Assembly (NCBI GenBank): GCA_009695205.1 | Contig: SIBK01000010.1 | Location: 9,670-73,669 of the forward strand | Source: Pedosphaera sp. | GTDB lineage: Bacteria > Verrucomicrobiota > Verrucomicrobiia > Limisphaerales > UBA9464 | Reading direction: 5' to 3' | Length of the DNA stretch: 64,000 nucleotides | Part shown: positions 1 through 11,421 of the stretch, piece by piece | Numbering within the stretch: position 1 is the stretch's first letter | How the letters are laid out: each line of letters begins with the position of its first letter | Made by a program: the position numbers and the translations under genes | Notes under the pieces: model-generated | Databases searched by the model: none | What the model was told of the DNA's origin: nothing | The model's input: only the letters and a program-made list of their open reading frames with translations

Positions 1-98
1 ATAATACATCGTCGATTGTCATAAATATCTCGAATACGAACAGAACAAAACAAAGTGACAGAAATTGCCTCCGGCTGTCGGATCCGACGCGAGCCGCT

Positions 99-833
99 TC
101 AAGTTGATACGGTAGTGCCGACATTTTTTCCGAGGACGACTCGGAGCAGATTCTTGGGAACGAAAAAGTCGAATACCACGACGGGCATCTTGTTTTCGAG
201 ACATAACGCGAAGGCCGAGGCGTCCATGACCTTGAGTTGTTTCTCGAGCGCCTCGAGGTGACTGACGCGCGCGTAGCGTTGCGCATCCGCAAACTGTTTC
301 GGATCCTTGTCATACACTCCATCCACCTTTGTCGCTTTTAGGATCACATCGACCCCCATTTCATTGGCTCGTAACGCGGCGGCTGTGTCGGTTGAAAAGT
401 ACGGGTTGCCCGTTCCCGCCGCAAAGATCACCACCCTGCCCTTCTCGAGATGGCGTAGGGCCCGGCGGCGGATGAACGGCTCGGCGACCTGCGACATGGG
501 GATGGCACTTTGGACACGGGTCGGGACACCCTGTTTTTCCAGGGCGTCTTGCAATGCAAGGGCGTTGATCACCGTGGCCAACATGCCCATGTAGTCACCC
601 GTCGCCCGCTCGATTCCCCGCTTGCTGCCTTGCAGTCCGCGAAAAATATTGCCCCCTCCGACCACGATCACCACTTCCACCCCCAGCTCGCGCACTGCCG
701 CCACCTGGCGCGCCATGTCGTGCACCGCCTCGGGGCATATCCCGGATCCTTCGTTGCCGCCCAGCGCTTCCCCGCTCAACTTCAGCAAGATCCGACGGTA
801 CCGCGGCGTAGGTTTGAAGGGTTTTTTCTTCAT
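99..833 (-). CDS. pyrH: UMP kinase
   Basis: ORF 99..956 trimmed to the internal ATG at 833 ([26 protein letters not shown]). Amino-acid-kinase motifs [16 protein letters not shown] and [10 protein letters not shown] are typical of PyrH. Confidence 0.9.
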   Translation of the reverse strand: MKKKPFKPTPRYRRILLKLSGEALGGNEGSGICPEAVHDMARQVAAVRELGVEVVIVVGGGNIFRGLQGSKRGIERATGDYMGMLATVINALALQDALEKQGVPTRVQSAIPMSQVAEPFIRRRALRHLEKGRVVIFAAGTGNPYFSTDTAAALRANEMGVDVILKATKVDGVYDKDPKQFADAQRYARVSHLEALEKQLKVMDASAFALCLENKMPVVVFDFFVPKNLLRVVLGKNVGTTVST

Positions 834-964
834 CGGTGGACCCTTGATATCAGTCCCCTGAACGGCGGTCAACCCGGTGGGATCAATCCCGTCCCCGATT
901 CGTCGTCGAAATTCTCCTTCTTTCCCCGCTTGCCAGTTCGCAGTCCAGTCGCGCATTTTCGGTC

Positions 965-2530
965 ATGGCAGCCGCACAATCGCCCGCGGATCTCGACGAA
1001 CTGTTCTATCAGCCCGCAGATTCATTCTTTCAAAACCATCGCAACCAGGCGCTGACGTACGATGACGTCACGCTGGCCACGCTGTACACCGAGATCTTGC
1101 CTCGGGAGACCCAGCTCGACACCTCGCTGGCGGAAGGCCTCGAATTACACATTCCGGTCATCTCGGCGGACATGGATACGGTGACGGAATCCCGCATGGC
1201 GATTGCGATGGCGCTCAATGGCGGCCTCGGACTGATCCACTACAACATGGCGGAAAAGGAGCAACTGTCGGAGGTCAGCCGGGTTAAATATCACGTCCAC
1301 GGCCTGATCCAGGAGCCCATCAAGGTCTCGCCGGATCAGCTCATCGGAGACGTCCTTCGGATGATCGAAGAGAAGCAGTTTTCCTTCAGCACGTTTCCCG
1401 TCGTGGACTCGGGAAACAAACTGCTGGGGCTGCTCCCCGGACATGTCGCAAAGCCGCGCTACGCCAAACGAAAAGTCTCAGAGGCACTGACCCCTCGATC
1501 CCAGGTGCAGACGATTCATGAGCGGGAGCTCGGGGCCGATCCTATCGCCCGGGCAGACCGCTTCTTCACGGATCATCCTGGCATCCACAAACTGCTGGTC
1601 GTCGATGATCAGGATCATCTCCGCGGCCTATTCACCATGTCCGACATCGAACGGATTACGCAGGAGCGGGGCGCCCAGTTGAAGCCGGCCCGTGATTCGC
1701 GTTTTCGCCTGCTCTGCGGTGTGGCGGTTTCCACGCCCCGGCTGGCGGATGGACAAATCGACCGCGACCGGTTTACCGGCCACGTCGGTGCACTCGTCGA
1801 TCGCGGTGTCGACTGCGTCGCGATCTCGACGGCCCACGGCCACAGTGCCGGGGTGGGGGGGGCCGTGCGCCTCTTGCGGGAAATATTTCCGCGGCTCCCG
1901 ATCATCGCCGGCAATGTCACATCGGCGGCCGGAGTGGCCTACCTCGCTGATTCCGGAGCCAACGTGATCAAGGTTGGACAGGGACCCGGATCGATCTGCA
2001 CAACCCGCATTGTCGCGGGCGTGGGCATCCCGCAGCTCACAGCCCTGTACGTGGCCAGCCGTGCGGCTTCCACTCGGAGTGTCACGATTCTTGCGGACGG
2101 CGGGATCACCAAGTCCGGAGATATCGTCAAGGCATTGACCCTAGCCAACGCGGTCGTCTGCGGCGGTCTCCTTGCCGGCTGCCCGGAGGCTCCCGGCCAG
2201 ATCTTGGAAATCAACGGCAAAGTTTACAAACAATACCGGGGCATGGGCAGTAACGCTGCCATGAAGGCCGGATCGGCGGCGCGTTACGGCCATCCCAATG
2301 ATTTCACGCGCAAGGTGACTGCTGAAGGAATTGAGGCGTTGAAAGAAGCGTCTGGATCCGTGGATACGATACTCACCCAACTCATCGGTGGCATTCAGTC
2401 CGGCATGGGCTACGTCGGAACATCCACTCTTCCCGAACTTCGCAAGCGGGCCCGCTACATTGGCGTCACCGCCGCCGGTCATCGGGAAGCCGCGCCGCAC
2501 GACATTATCGAGGTTAAGACGGCCGGTTGA
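965..2530 (+). CDS. guaB: IMP dehydrogenase
   Basis: 521 aa. Catalytic loop [16 protein letters not shown], an inserted CBS-pair region and ADGGI..GD motifs; full-length IMPDH architecture. Confidence 0.9.
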   Translation: MAAAQSPADLDELFYQPADSFFQNHRNQALTYDDVTLATLYTEILPRETQLDTSLAEGLELHIPVISADMDTVTESRMAIAMALNGGLGLIHYNMAEKEQLSEVSRVKYHVHGLIQEPIKVSPDQLIGDVLRMIEEKQFSFSTFPVVDSGNKLLGLLPGHVAKPRYAKRKVSEALTPRSQVQTIHERELGADPIARADRFFTDHPGIHKLLVVDDQDHLRGLFTMSDIERITQERGAQLKPARDSRFRLLCGVAVSTPRLADGQIDRDRFTGHVGALVDRGVDCVAISTAHGHSAGVGGAVRLLREIFPRLPIIAGNVTSAAGVAYLADSGANVIKVGQGPGSICTTRIVAGVGIPQLTALYVASRAASTRSVTILADGGITKSGDIVKALTLANAVVCGGLLAGCPEAPGQILEINGKVYKQYRGMGSNAAMKAGSAARYGHPNDFTRKVTAEGIEALKEASGSVDTILTQLIGGIQSGMGYVGTSTLPELRKRARYIGVTAAGHREAAPHDIIEVKTAG

Positions 2531-2556
2531 AGCCACGGAAAGTAATCGTCTTGAGT

Positions 2557-4833
2557 CTATTCTCGCAGCACGAATTCTTTGGCATTGAGTAAACTCCACA
2601 AAATATCCTCCCAGCGTGATCGTGAAGTGTTGCCCGACACATAGTCCAGCAACTGCTCGGATTCCCTCGAACTCGGGGCCCGGCTCAATGCGGCCCAATA
2701 CAGGTCTTCGAGGCGTTGTGCAGCGGGCCGATCCGTAAGGCTCGCCGCACCCAGGCAGTTTCCGGCAGCGGAAACGAAATGATCCATGGTTGGCCCGCTG
2801 ATCAACTGAAAAACCTGATTCATCGCCGGCTCGCAGGAGCGTTCACATTCACTGGTCATTAAACGCGGCGGCTTTCCAAAACTTAGTAAGAATCGATCCG
2901 TATCTGAACTTCCAGCGGCCTTTCCGCGCCGGGATTCGGCGACAACACCCGGCAACTGGGCCGCACGAGTTCCCGGCGGCAATCCCGGGATCTCCAACGG
3001 AACACCCGCCGCCCGAGAAAGACTGTCGAGCAACTGCTCGGCCCCCAGGCGGCGGGGAGCGGAGTGCGAGAAATTTTGGGCATCCTCTTCTCCGAGGTCC
3101 GCCGGCTGTGCGGCCATCTGATAGGTATGGGACGCCATGATCATGCGGACGAGGTGACGCAAATCGAACTCAGACTTCACCAGTTCCGACTGGAGCAATT
3201 CCAGCAGTGCCGGGTGTGACGCAGGGTTGGTGGACCGAAAATCATCGACCGGATCCACCAGGCCACGCCCCATCAGGTGGTACCAGATGCGATTGGCCTG
3301 AGCTCGGGCGAAGAGCGGATTCTCCGGAGCGGTCAACCAGCGTGCGAGTTCCCGGAGCGGATCCGCCGTGGTCGGCTCGTCGTCACGGACGGCTAATCGA
3401 TCCGGCCGTCCGAGTAATCTGGGTTCGGCATTCGTTCCGGTTCGGGGGTGCTTGTGCGCTCCGTCCTGCCTCACGAATATCAACTGCTCGCCAACAAACT
3501 CGTGCTTGTCGTTTTCGTCTCGGCGCCGGTTTTCGACGACTTTATAATCCACGCGCGCAAATGCCGCAGTCCAGTCGTGGTAATCATTCTGTGTCCAACG
3601 TTCATACGGATGATTATGACATTGGGCGCACTGCAGCCGGGTTCCCAGAAACACCTGAGCCACCGCCTCCGAACGTTCAATCGGCGTCCGATGGGCTCGG
3701 AACCAGTTCGCCGCTGGAACGGTATAGGTGCTGCCGCGAGCGGTCAGCAACTCCCGCGCGAACACATCCAGGGGCGTATGATCTGCCACGCGGGCAGCAA
3801 GCCATTCACGGAAAAGTTGAGCTCCCTTCCGATCGAGCGCCCGTTCCTCGAGCCGGAAAAGATCGGCCCACTTGAGCGCCCAAAAATCCGCAAACTCCGG
3901 GCGCTCCATCAATTGGTCCACAAGCTGGGCCCGCTTCGCAGGATTTCGGTCCGTCACAAATGCCCGTGCCTCCGTCGCCGTCGGAATCACACCCAGCAAA
4001 TCCAAAAACGCGCGCCGAATGAAAACGGAATCACTGCATAGAATAGCCGGATTCAGGCGCAGCAATTCGAGCTTCTTAAAAACCGGCACGTCCACAGCGT
4101 TGAGTGGGGCGGGTCGGCTCCAGACGAATTTTTCGCGGGCCGGCAGGAATGCAAGAGTGGCCGGCGCCTGCTGATCAAGGTATCGCACAAGAACAGTCGT
4201 TTCTCCCGCTTGCTTCGCTTGTACGCGTCCGATCGGTGAGATGCTCACAATGGGATGGGCAGGTTCATATACCGCCATGTGCGTGACGTCTCGCCGGGTG
4301 CCATCTTTAAAATGCGCCGCCACAGTCAGTGCAACCGTGGCCTCGGGCGCCCGCACGAACTGTTCGCGCGGCTGGACTTCGAGACGCTCCAGCGGCGCTG
4401 CGGATGCTATATCGTTTGTCACATCCCCGGCGATCCACCGGTGCAATGCCCGGTACTCCCACGACGAGGTTTCGAACCGCACACCTCCCTCATGCGGCAC
4501 CTGGCCCGTCGGCTTCAATAGGAGAAGACTCTGGTCGGGGTCCTCCCGGTCAATCCGGCGGCCCGCGAGATCGCTCACCAAGGTCGTGTAATCCCCGTCC
4601 GGATCCTCACCCCGGAGCGAGAGTCGAAAGCCACCTTTGCCATTCCGATTCCCGTGACATGCCCCACTGCTGCAACCACCCTTCGCCAACGCCGCCATGA
4701 CGTCACGACGAAACGAAACCGGTCCTCGATCCGCTTCGATCGATGCCGCGCGGCCCACTGTGACTCCCGGAAAAAGAGCCATAACCGCCATAACCAGGAA
4801 GGCAATCAACCCTGGGAGATAAGGCGCAACCAT
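2557..4833 (-). CDS. PSCyt1/DUF1549/DUF1553 (PSD1) domain protein, secreted
   Basis: ORF 2557..5109 trimmed to ATG 4833, which gives a signal-like N-terminus ([23 protein letters not shown]). Motifs: [14 protein letters not shown] (PSCyt1-like), [13 protein letters not shown] and [12 protein letters not shown] (DUF1549), and a C-terminal DUF1553-like region. Family assignment is from memory of PVC families. Confidence 0.8.
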   Translation of the reverse strand: MVAPYLPGLIAFLVMAVMALFPGVTVGRAASIEADRGPVSFRRDVMAALAKGGCSSGACHGNRNGKGGFRLSLRGEDPDGDYTTLVSDLAGRRIDREDPDQSLLLLKPTGQVPHEGGVRFETSSWEYRALHRWIAGDVTNDIASAAPLERLEVQPREQFVRAPEATVALTVAAHFKDGTRRDVTHMAVYEPAHPIVSISPIGRVQAKQAGETTVLVRYLDQQAPATLAFLPAREKFVWSRPAPLNAVDVPVFKKLELLRLNPAILCSDSVFIRRAFLDLLGVIPTATEARAFVTDRNPAKRAQLVDQLMERPEFADFWALKWADLFRLEERALDRKGAQLFREWLAARVADHTPLDVFARELLTARGSTYTVPAANWFRAHRTPIERSEAVAQVFLGTRLQCAQCHNHPYERWTQNDYHDWTAAFARVDYKVVENRRRDENDKHEFVGEQLIFVRQDGAHKHPRTGTNAEPRLLGRPDRLAVRDDEPTTADPLRELARWLTAPENPLFARAQANRIWYHLMGRGLVDPVDDFRSTNPASHPALLELLQSELVKSEFDLRHLVRMIMASHTYQMAAQPADLGEEDAQNFSHSAPRRLGAEQLLDSLSRAAGVPLEIPGLPPGTRAAQLPGVVAESRRGKAAGSSDTDRFLLSFGKPPRLMTSECERSCEPAMNQVFQLISGPTMDHFVSAAGNCLGAASLTDRPAAQRLEDLYWAALSRAPSSRESEQLLDYVSGNTSRSRWEDILWSLLNAKEFVLRE

Positions 4834-4927
4834 GGCGTCAGCATTCCGGTTTCCCCATTCATCGGCAATTAGTTTTCGAGGGAGACCACACTTGCTGAAG
4901 TCGCGGCCTGCGCCATACACTCCATTA

Positions 4928-5752
4928 ATGCGACATTCTGCGGCAACCTCGGCACGTCCGGTCTGCATCCGGCAAACAAGGGCGGGCTTTACCCTGATCG
5001 AATTACTCGTCGTAATTGCGATCATCGCCATATTGGCGGGGCTACTCCTGCCAGCGTTGAGTCGGGCCAAGGGCAAGGCTCTGGGAATTAATTGCGCCGC
5101 GAATTGCAAGCAACTGCAGACCGCCCTGCAGCTCTATACGGACGAACACTCGGACCGTTACGTCAATAATCATGGCGTCGGCCAGACGCGCGCTGAAACA
5201 AATACATGGGCCAACAACATCATTGATTGGAATGACAGTCCCGGGAATACCAACCTCACTCTGCTCACCGCCGCGAAATTTGCCGCGTTCCTCGGAAAAA
5301 CACCGGGCGTGTTCAAGTGTCCCGCGGATCGTTCTCGGGCGGACAATGGACCTAGGATCCGAAGCTATTCCCTGAATTCCTTGGTGGGTGATCCAGGCGA
5401 ATTAACCAACCGGTTCAATCCCTCCTTCACCCAGTTATTCAAAGGAGCCGATGTCCCCGACCCTTCTGGTATTTTTGCCTTTCTCGACGAACATCCTGAC
5501 ACCATCAATGACGGGTTCTTCATGAACCACCTCGACGAGGAGCCCAAATGGGGCAATCTGCCCGCCTCGTACCACAACGGCTCTGGCAACTTCAGCTTCC
5601 TCGACGGCCACGTGGAATCCAAACGATGGGTCGTCACCGGTCCCGATGGCACAGTCCGCCCGAATATCAAGGGCGGGGCCGGAGGTATTTTTCCTGCAAA
5701 ACCCACCACCGATTGGGATTGGGTGAAAGAGCGCACGAGCCGGCGACGTTGA
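4928..5752 (+). CDS. prepilin-type N-terminal cleavage/methylation domain protein (H-X9-DG / DUF1559-like)
   Basis: ORF 4832..5752 trimmed to ATG 4928. Has [25 protein letters not shown] pilin-like leader and helix, and the C-terminal [13 protein letters not shown]9-DG-type motif. Confidence 0.8.
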   Translation: MRHSAATSARPVCIRQTRAGFTLIELLVVIAIIAILAGLLLPALSRAKGKALGINCAANCKQLQTALQLYTDEHSDRYVNNHGVGQTRAETNTWANNIIDWNDSPGNTNLTLLTAAKFAAFLGKTPGVFKCPADRSRADNGPRIRSYSLNSLVGDPGELTNRFNPSFTQLFKGADVPDPSGIFAFLDEHPDTINDGFFMNHLDEEPKWGNLPASYHNGSGNFSFLDGHVESKRWVVTGPDGTVRPNIKGGAGGIFPAKPTTDWDWVKERTSRRR

Positions 5753-5851
5753 CCACGAGCGAGCGGGCCAATGTCTTCGGCAACAACGCTGCCGGAGTTT
5801 ACGGCGTGACCAATTTGGACCAGGCGACGAAGTCGAACGAGGATCCGCCGG

Positions 5852-6895
5852 CTACTTGCCGCCAAGCAGGTGCTCGATGACCAATTGGTCGAGATCCTGA
5901 TAGTTGCGATCCGCGATCAGTTGTTCGGCTTGCTTTTCGGGATAGCTGCGCGCTTTTTCGAGGAGCCGGAGGAACGTGTCGCGAGAATTGGATAAATGCG
6001 CGCTCCAATGCTCCTGCTGTGTGGTTCGGAACGGATGCACGTCGAAGCACACGTATTCGCCCTTCTGCCCATACCCATTTCGTTCCAACGCCCGAACCTG
6101 GTTAAATGCGACTCGTAGATTATTGCTCCCGAAGGGCTTGTCCTGATCAAACTTCAACCCGTTCTGGTCATTCAGATGCAACGACCAAAGCTTCCCAAAC
6201 GCCATCGCAAAGTCGATCTCATCCGCTGGATCTAATCCCGCCAGGATCGCATGCGCCGACTCGATCAGACACCCGACCCGTTTCGAATCCCGGGTAAGCT
6301 GCGCCACCGCCAAGGCATGGCCAATGGTCGGCAGATACGCGACGTCCATCGGCTCATTCGGTTTGGGTTCAATTGCAAGTCGGATTTTCTTGTCGTGCGC
6401 CAGCATCGCATCCAACGCCGCCACCAAAAGATCCACACAACGCCGGCCATTCTTCGACTCGCGGATATAGGTCCCTTCCCGCGCGAGCCAAAGCACCATG
6501 AGATCGGTCCCCAGCGCATTCGCGATGTCGATCGTCCGGCGGGATCGGTCAATCGCATATTGACGGCTTTTGGGGTCATTTGAGGTAAAGGCTCCATCGA
6601 CCGTATTCGGGTGAAACCAAAGCCGCGGGGCAACCATCTCGGCCGTGATGCCCTCGCCATCGAGGCGTTTCTTCAATTCCTTCGCCTCTTTCAACACCTG
6701 TGCTCCGCTCTTGGCATCGATCTCCGGCACCGCATCATCGTCATGAAACATCATCGCCTCAAAGCCAATCTTTTTGAGCTCAGTAAGCTTACGGTCGAAG
6801 GAAATCTCGGTCCGAGTCGGCGGTCCATAGGGATCCTGTCCAGCACTCCAATTCCAGGGACCGGTACAAAAGCGGTAGATATTTGATTTGGCCAT
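5852..6895 (-). CDS. xylose isomerase-like TIM-barrel sugar isomerase
   Basis: ORF trimmed to ATG 6895 (MAKSNIYRFCTGPWNW..DPYGPPTR). The N-terminus and the LNDQNGLKFDQDKPFG segment resemble class I xylose isomerase (FTFGLWTVGW..DPFG; DLNGQ.G.KYDQDLRFG). Confidence 0.65.
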   Translation of the reverse strand: MAKSNIYRFCTGPWNWSAGQDPYGPPTRTEISFDRKLTELKKIGFEAMMFHDDDAVPEIDAKSGAQVLKEAKELKKRLDGEGITAEMVAPRLWFHPNTVDGAFTSNDPKSRQYAIDRSRRTIDIANALGTDLMVLWLAREGTYIRESKNGRRCVDLLVAALDAMLAHDKKIRLAIEPKPNEPMDVAYLPTIGHALAVAQLTRDSKRVGCLIESAHAILAGLDPADEIDFAMAFGKLWSLHLNDQNGLKFDQDKPFGSNNLRVAFNQVRALERNGYGQKGEYVCFDVHPFRTTQQEHWSAHLSNSRDTFLRLLEKARSYPEKQAEQLIADRNYQDLDQLVIEHLLGGK

Positions 6896-7164
6896 GATGA
6901 TGTCGGCCGTAAAGGTAGAAATCTCAGAGCGAGTCGCGAGAAAAATCGGCTGTCGATCACCGATTGGTGGCATTTCGTACAAAGAGCGATCTCATTCGAA
7001 CAAGCGCCCAGATGGAATCCTGGAACCATTCCGACCGTTCCGTACCACGCACCGAACTCTCTCGCCTCCAGCCTCCAACCGAAATTCAGTGAGCAGTCTG
7101 CGAACTACGGCATCCGTCTTCCCCTCGCTCGACAAGCGGGCACCGAGCGATCACCCTCCTGTGA

Positions 7165-7776
7165 ATGGCTGAAGCTGCCGATTCACCGATAGACCGGCTC
7201 TGGCGTGAGTACGGCCAGAGCTTTCGGGATTTTGACGACCTAACCCTGGCTCGCTGGTGCTCACAAACTCTGGGTCAGCTCCACGGAAGATCCTGGCGGC
7301 TGTCGCACCCGCTTGTCGGTGCGTACCGGCTCGCAGCGCAACTTGCCCACGATCGGCAACTCTGGCTGAAGCGGCTGGTAAACATGCCGGTCGGATACCT
7401 CGAAGCCGACTGTTGCCGAGCTCCTCTGCTCCCTCTGTTCACCCGGGATATCGCCGAATCCGGCCTGCTTTGTCAGCACTGTGGAGAATCCGCGGTCAGC
7501 TTCGACGATATCCCGGATGAGGGACTCCGAAAATCCATCCTCGAATGGACACGGTTGTACGAACCCGTTCACCAGGTGGCCCATTGGGATGACAAACAGC
7601 GCAAGAAATCACGCGATTACGATCAGGCCTTCGAAGATGCTGCTCAACGAGCCGAGGAATTGATCGCCGAAGCAGCAACCACATTGGTCGCCCCGTTGCT
7701 CGAACACTTTCCCGCGCTCATCTGGGAGGACCAGGACGAGTGCCTTGAAGTCCGACCTGAGAATGTTTCCCTCTGA
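7165..7776 (+). CDS. hypothetical protein (Cys-rich, possible Zn ribbon CC..CQHCG)
   Basis: 203-aa ORF with protein-like composition and no overlap with other calls. No recognised family. Confidence 0.5.
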   Translation: MAEAADSPIDRLWREYGQSFRDFDDLTLARWCSQTLGQLHGRSWRLSHPLVGAYRLAAQLAHDRQLWLKRLVNMPVGYLEADCCRAPLLPLFTRDIAESGLLCQHCGESAVSFDDIPDEGLRKSILEWTRLYEPVHQVAHWDDKQRKKSRDYDQAFEDAAQRAEELIAEAATTLVAPLLEHFPALIWEDQDECLEVRPENVSL

Positions 7777-7785
7777 GTTCCTCGC

Positions 7786-8460
7786 ATGCTTAAGAAGCTC
7801 ATCAAGCTCCTGACGGGCGCCATTCTTTTCCTGACGTTCCTGATCCTTGCGACGCTGGTTTTTCTCGACTCGATAGCAAAGGCAGCGCTTACGTCGGTGC
7901 TCCGATCGAAAACCGGCCAGGACGTCCGCATTGAAAAGGTCGAGATCGGCCTGATCCGACCGACCTTTAGAATTGAAAACCTCCAATTATACCATCCCCC
8001 CCTCGCCGGCGGAGGTCCGTTCGTCCGAATCCAGGAGCTGTACGTGGAATACGATCGCAGCGCCGCAAATCGTCGCGACCTCCACCTGCCCCTTGTCCGC
8101 ATCAACATCGCTGAAGTAAATATCGCGGAAGATACCCTCGGTCCCGTCAATCCAGCGGCGCTTCCGGGTGTTCTCGATCAACTCAAGGTTTTTACCAACC
8201 GCTCACCTGAATTCCGATTTACGGGTATCGACATTCTGAATCTCAGCATCGGAACTCTTCGAAAAATCAGCCCGAAAAACTCCGCACCACCCTATGAATT
8301 GAAGCTTGACGTTCGAAACGAAGTCATCGGTCCGGTACGGACATTGAACGACCTTCTGGCACCGTTGACGCGGATCGTCCTGAAAGCAAGTGGAACCAGT
8401 GTGGGGAAACCTCCCAACCCCGCTGCTCCACCCCGGCCAGCCCCCCTCCCTCGGCGGTAA
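7786..8460 (+). CDS. hypothetical membrane-anchored protein
   Basis: 224-aa ORF starting 10 nt after the previous gene, with an N-terminal TM helix (LLTGAILFLTFLILATLVFL). Confidence 0.5.
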   Translation: MLKKLIKLLTGAILFLTFLILATLVFLDSIAKAALTSVLRSKTGQDVRIEKVEIGLIRPTFRIENLQLYHPPLAGGGPFVRIQELYVEYDRSAANRRDLHLPLVRINIAEVNIAEDTLGPVNPAALPGVLDQLKVFTNRSPEFRFTGIDILNLSIGTLRKISPKNSAPPYELKLDVRNEVIGPVRTLNDLLAPLTRIVLKASGTSVGKPPNPAAPPRPAPLPRR

Positions 8461-8525
8461 CCTTGCTGGGCGCCCTTGAATGAGGAACTCAGCGTACGAA
8501 GGGGCGAAAAAGCACGGATTACGGA

Positions 8526-9197
8526 TTGCCGGCTCCGAGCTCTCTCCTAGACTCCGCTCTTGTGGAAACTCCCGCTATTCAAGCTCGACGGGCGACGCTC
8601 GATGATCTGCCGGCCCTTCTCGAATTGTGGCAGGCAACGGGCCTCCCCGGAGAACAACTTGAACAGTTTCTCACCGAGTTTCAACTCGTCAGCGATGAAC
8701 AAGGTTCCCTTTGCGCCGCCGTCGGCCTGCTGATTCACCAGCAGGACGGCCTGATCCATAGCGAAGCCATTGCCGCCGGGGCAGACGCCGACACATGCCG
8801 GGCGGCTTTGTGGAGGCGGACGCAAATCGTCGCGCGAAACGCAGGCATTACCCGCCTGTGGACTCCCGAGGAGGACCCATTCTGGATCGCCAACGGATTT
8901 CATCCCGCGACGCCCGCAGAAGTCGCAGACATGCCCACGGCGATTGCAAATCCGGATACAAAATGGTTTCTCCACCTGTCGATGGACCCCAACCGCGCCA
9001 AGCAGATTGTCAACGAACAACTCGCGATTTGGGAAACCAGTCGGATGCAGGATAAGGAAGACTTCACGCGGAAGATCGGCAGCATCCGCAGTATCGCGCT
9101 CCTGTTCGCCGCGCTGATCATCGGAGGCGCGTTTGTTCTCGCCATGTACATCTTCTGGCGCCAACCAAATATTTTGGGGAAAATTTTCGGACGATAA
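8526..9197 (+). CDS. GNAT-like acetyltransferase domain protein with C-terminal TM helix
   Basis: TTG start in the ORF track. N-terminal ATLDDLPALLELWQ and a GNAT-like core; C-terminal hydrophobic helix IALLFAALIIGGAFVLAMYIF. Confidence 0.5.
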   Translation: MPAPSSLLDSALVETPAIQARRATLDDLPALLELWQATGLPGEQLEQFLTEFQLVSDEQGSLCAAVGLLIHQQDGLIHSEAIAAGADADTCRAALWRRTQIVARNAGITRLWTPEEDPFWIANGFHPATPAEVADMPTAIANPDTKWFLHLSMDPNRAKQIVNEQLAIWETSRMQDKEDFTRKIGSIRSIALLFAALIIGGAFVLAMYIFWRQPNILGKIFGR

Positions 9198-9219
9198 GTC
9201 GACGTCCGTTCCCGCCCGC

Positions 9220-10239
9220 TCATCCGGCGTTCTCTACCGCGTCACGGGAAGAGATCTCCAGCATCCGTTCAATTGGCAGTCGCGCTTTGTGAATTACGTC
9301 CGCACTCAGCTCCACCTGTGGTGAAAGATTAGCCATGCAGTCGTGCAGCTTCTCCAGCGTGTTCATCTTCATGAACCGGCACTCGTTGCAGGCACATTTG
9401 TCTGTCGGCGCCGGAATGAAATTCTTGTCGGGGCATTCCTTTTTCAACCGGTGCAGCATGCCTGCTTCCGTCGCGATGATGATATCTCTTTGGGTTGCCC
9501 GACGGCACCAGGCGACCATCTTCTCCGTCGAACAAACTTCATCCGCCAGCATTCGCACCGCCTTGGGGCATTCGGGGTGTGCGACGACGGGGGCACCAGG
9601 GTGCCGTTGCCGGATGCGGGTAATTGCGGCGTGAGTCCACTCCACGTGAACATAACAGTTGCCCTTCCATAGGGTCATTGGCCTCCCCGTTTGCTCCATC
9701 ACCCAACCGCCGAGGTTCTCATCTGGAACGAAAAGAATATCCCGATCTTTGGGAGTGGCATTTACAATTTTCACCGCATTGCCGCTCGTGCAAATTACGT
9801 CGCAGAGCGCCTTCACTTCTGCGCTACAATTGATATAGGCAATCGTCCAGAACCGTGGATTGGTATCCTGGAGCTGCCTTAATTTCGGCGCCGGGCAGCT
9901 TTCCTCGAGCGAACACCCGGCGTCCTTGTCCGGCAGGATAACGATCTTGTTGGGATTCAATATCTTCGCCGTCTCCGCCATGAAATGAACCCCGCAAAAC
10001 ACGATGACTTCGGCGTTCGTCTTCGCCGCCTGCTGGGCAAGTCCTAGGGAATCGCCCACGAAATCCGCCACATCCTGAATCTCAGGCACCTGATAGTTAT
10101 GAGCGAGGATCACCGCGTTGAGCTTGTTTCGCAGCGCCCGAATTTCCCTCGACAAAGCATCCACTTGCACGGGCGCCATGGGTTGGCGCAAGCCGCCTAA
10201 ACGGACGCCTGGGAGCTGTACTTCAGGCAGATGAATCAT
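9220..10239 (-). CDS. nadA: quinolinate synthase
   Basis: LNAVILAHNYQVPEIQDVADFVGDSLGLA and conserved Cys residues of the NadA 4Fe-4S site. Start is uncertain: ATG candidates at 10332, 10239 and 10179. Confidence 0.85.
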   Translation of the reverse strand: MIHLPEVQLPGVRLGGLRQPMAPVQVDALSREIRALRNKLNAVILAHNYQVPEIQDVADFVGDSLGLAQQAAKTNAEVIVFCGVHFMAETAKILNPNKIVILPDKDAGCSLEESCPAPKLRQLQDTNPRFWTIAYINCSAEVKALCDVICTSGNAVKIVNATPKDRDILFVPDENLGGWVMEQTGRPMTLWKGNCYVHVEWTHAAITRIRQRHPGAPVVAHPECPKAVRMLADEVCSTEKMVAWCRRATQRDIIIATEAGMLHRLKKECPDKNFIPAPTDKCACNECRFMKMNTLEKLHDCMANLSPQVELSADVIHKARLPIERMLEISSRDAVENAG

Positions 10240-10385
10240 CGCCACAACGGTACGGCGGCTAGCGTCGGACGCAAATGTTTGGCCATCCAGAGGCCAACCG
10301 TCACGGATCCGGATTTCCATCCCAATCCCCATCTGCTAGCGGCGAACGTGTTGACGTTCGCGCCAATGCAGTATACCCCCGGACC

Positions 10386-11387
10386 ATGAATTCAAAGGTC
10401 CTCTCCTTCGTCGCCGGAGTAGTGGTCGGTGTCCTTATCGCTGCAGCGGGATTTCTCGCGGGCTCCAAAACCGGCCGGGGACCCACCACAGCCGAAATTC
10501 TGGAGACTGCCTCGTCCGAGACATCCCACGTCGCCGAACTGGAATCATCACTCCAGCTTGCCCGGAAGACTACGGCTACCCTGGAATCCCAGAATACCAA
10601 ACTGGCAGCCCAAGTGCAGAGCCTCCTTCGAAAATCCTCCACCCCCGTCATCCCCAGGCCCGCCATCGCTGCTCCAGAGCTCGATGCGGCCGACAACGAG
10701 TCGTTCAACGCCATCGCAACGGCTTTTACGGGTGGGACGAACGGGCCGATGAGCAAGGCCATGAAAGAAATGAAGCAGCAGGCGATGCGAATTCACATGG
10801 AGGGGAAAATGAACCAGATGAAGCAACGTCTCAATCTCACGCCCTCTCAGGAAACCAGCGTCCGCGGGCTTCTGGAAAAACAGATGGGTATGGGAAAGGA
10901 AGCCGCCGAGAAGGCGCTCGCTGGCAATGTGTCGACCGACGATCTCGAAAAAATGTCCAAGGCGGGGGGAAATCCGGAAGAGGAAATCAAGGCGCTCCTC
11001 TCTCCAGAACAACAGCAGGGGTACTCGGCCATGAAGGAGGAGGAAAAGGGTAGTATGGCCAGGTTGATGGCTAATAGTGAATTGATCCAAATGCAGACAC
11101 TGTTGGGTCTTACTCAGGACCAGCAGGACAAGGTCTTCGGAGTCCTCATCCAGAGTCAGCAGCAAATTCTAAACCCGGAGTCTCCCAACAAAACGCCCGA
11201 TTTTCGCGGTCAGCTCGAAGAGTCCGTCAAGTCGCTCCAGGGCGTCTTGACGGAGGATCAGATTGCCGGGTATCGCAAGTTTAAGGAGAGTCAAATCAAG
11301 CTGATGGAATCGTTCCTTCCCAAGACTGGTTCGGGGGCCGGTGGGATACCCACCGTGATACCCATTCCGGCAGCGCCGGCGCCTTGA
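10386..11387 (+). CDS. periplasmic LTXXQ-repeat (Spy/CpxP-like) protein
   Basis: ORF trimmed to ATG 10386, giving an N-terminal TM/signal helix (MNSKVLSFVAGVVVGVLIAAAGF). Four LTXXQ-type motifs: LTPSQ, LSPEQQ, LTQDQ, LTEDQ. Confidence 0.6.
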   Translation: MNSKVLSFVAGVVVGVLIAAAGFLAGSKTGRGPTTAEILETASSETSHVAELESSLQLARKTTATLESQNTKLAAQVQSLLRKSSTPVIPRPAIAAPELDAADNESFNAIATAFTGGTNGPMSKAMKEMKQQAMRIHMEGKMNQMKQRLNLTPSQETSVRGLLEKQMGMGKEAAEKALAGNVSTDDLEKMSKAGGNPEEEIKALLSPEQQQGYSAMKEEEKGSMARLMANSELIQMQTLLGLTQDQQDKVFGVLIQSQQQILNPESPNKTPDFRGQLEESVKSLQGVLTEDQIAGYRKFKESQIKLMESFLPKTGSGAGGIPTVIPIPAAPAP

Positions 11388-11421
11388 TCCAAGGCGTCGC
11401 AACTCCTGTGGAAAGAGGGAT

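Noticed and set aside
4831-5109. The long N-terminal extensions offered by the ORF track (2557..5109, 4832..5752, 23345..24217, 42321..43640, 43667..45634, 27840..29411)
   Set aside because: The extensions overlap neighbouring genes and lack similarity. Internal ATGs give canonical N-termini: signal peptides, the pilin leader, MGFFDKLK of FtsY and MYWTQTF of ProS.
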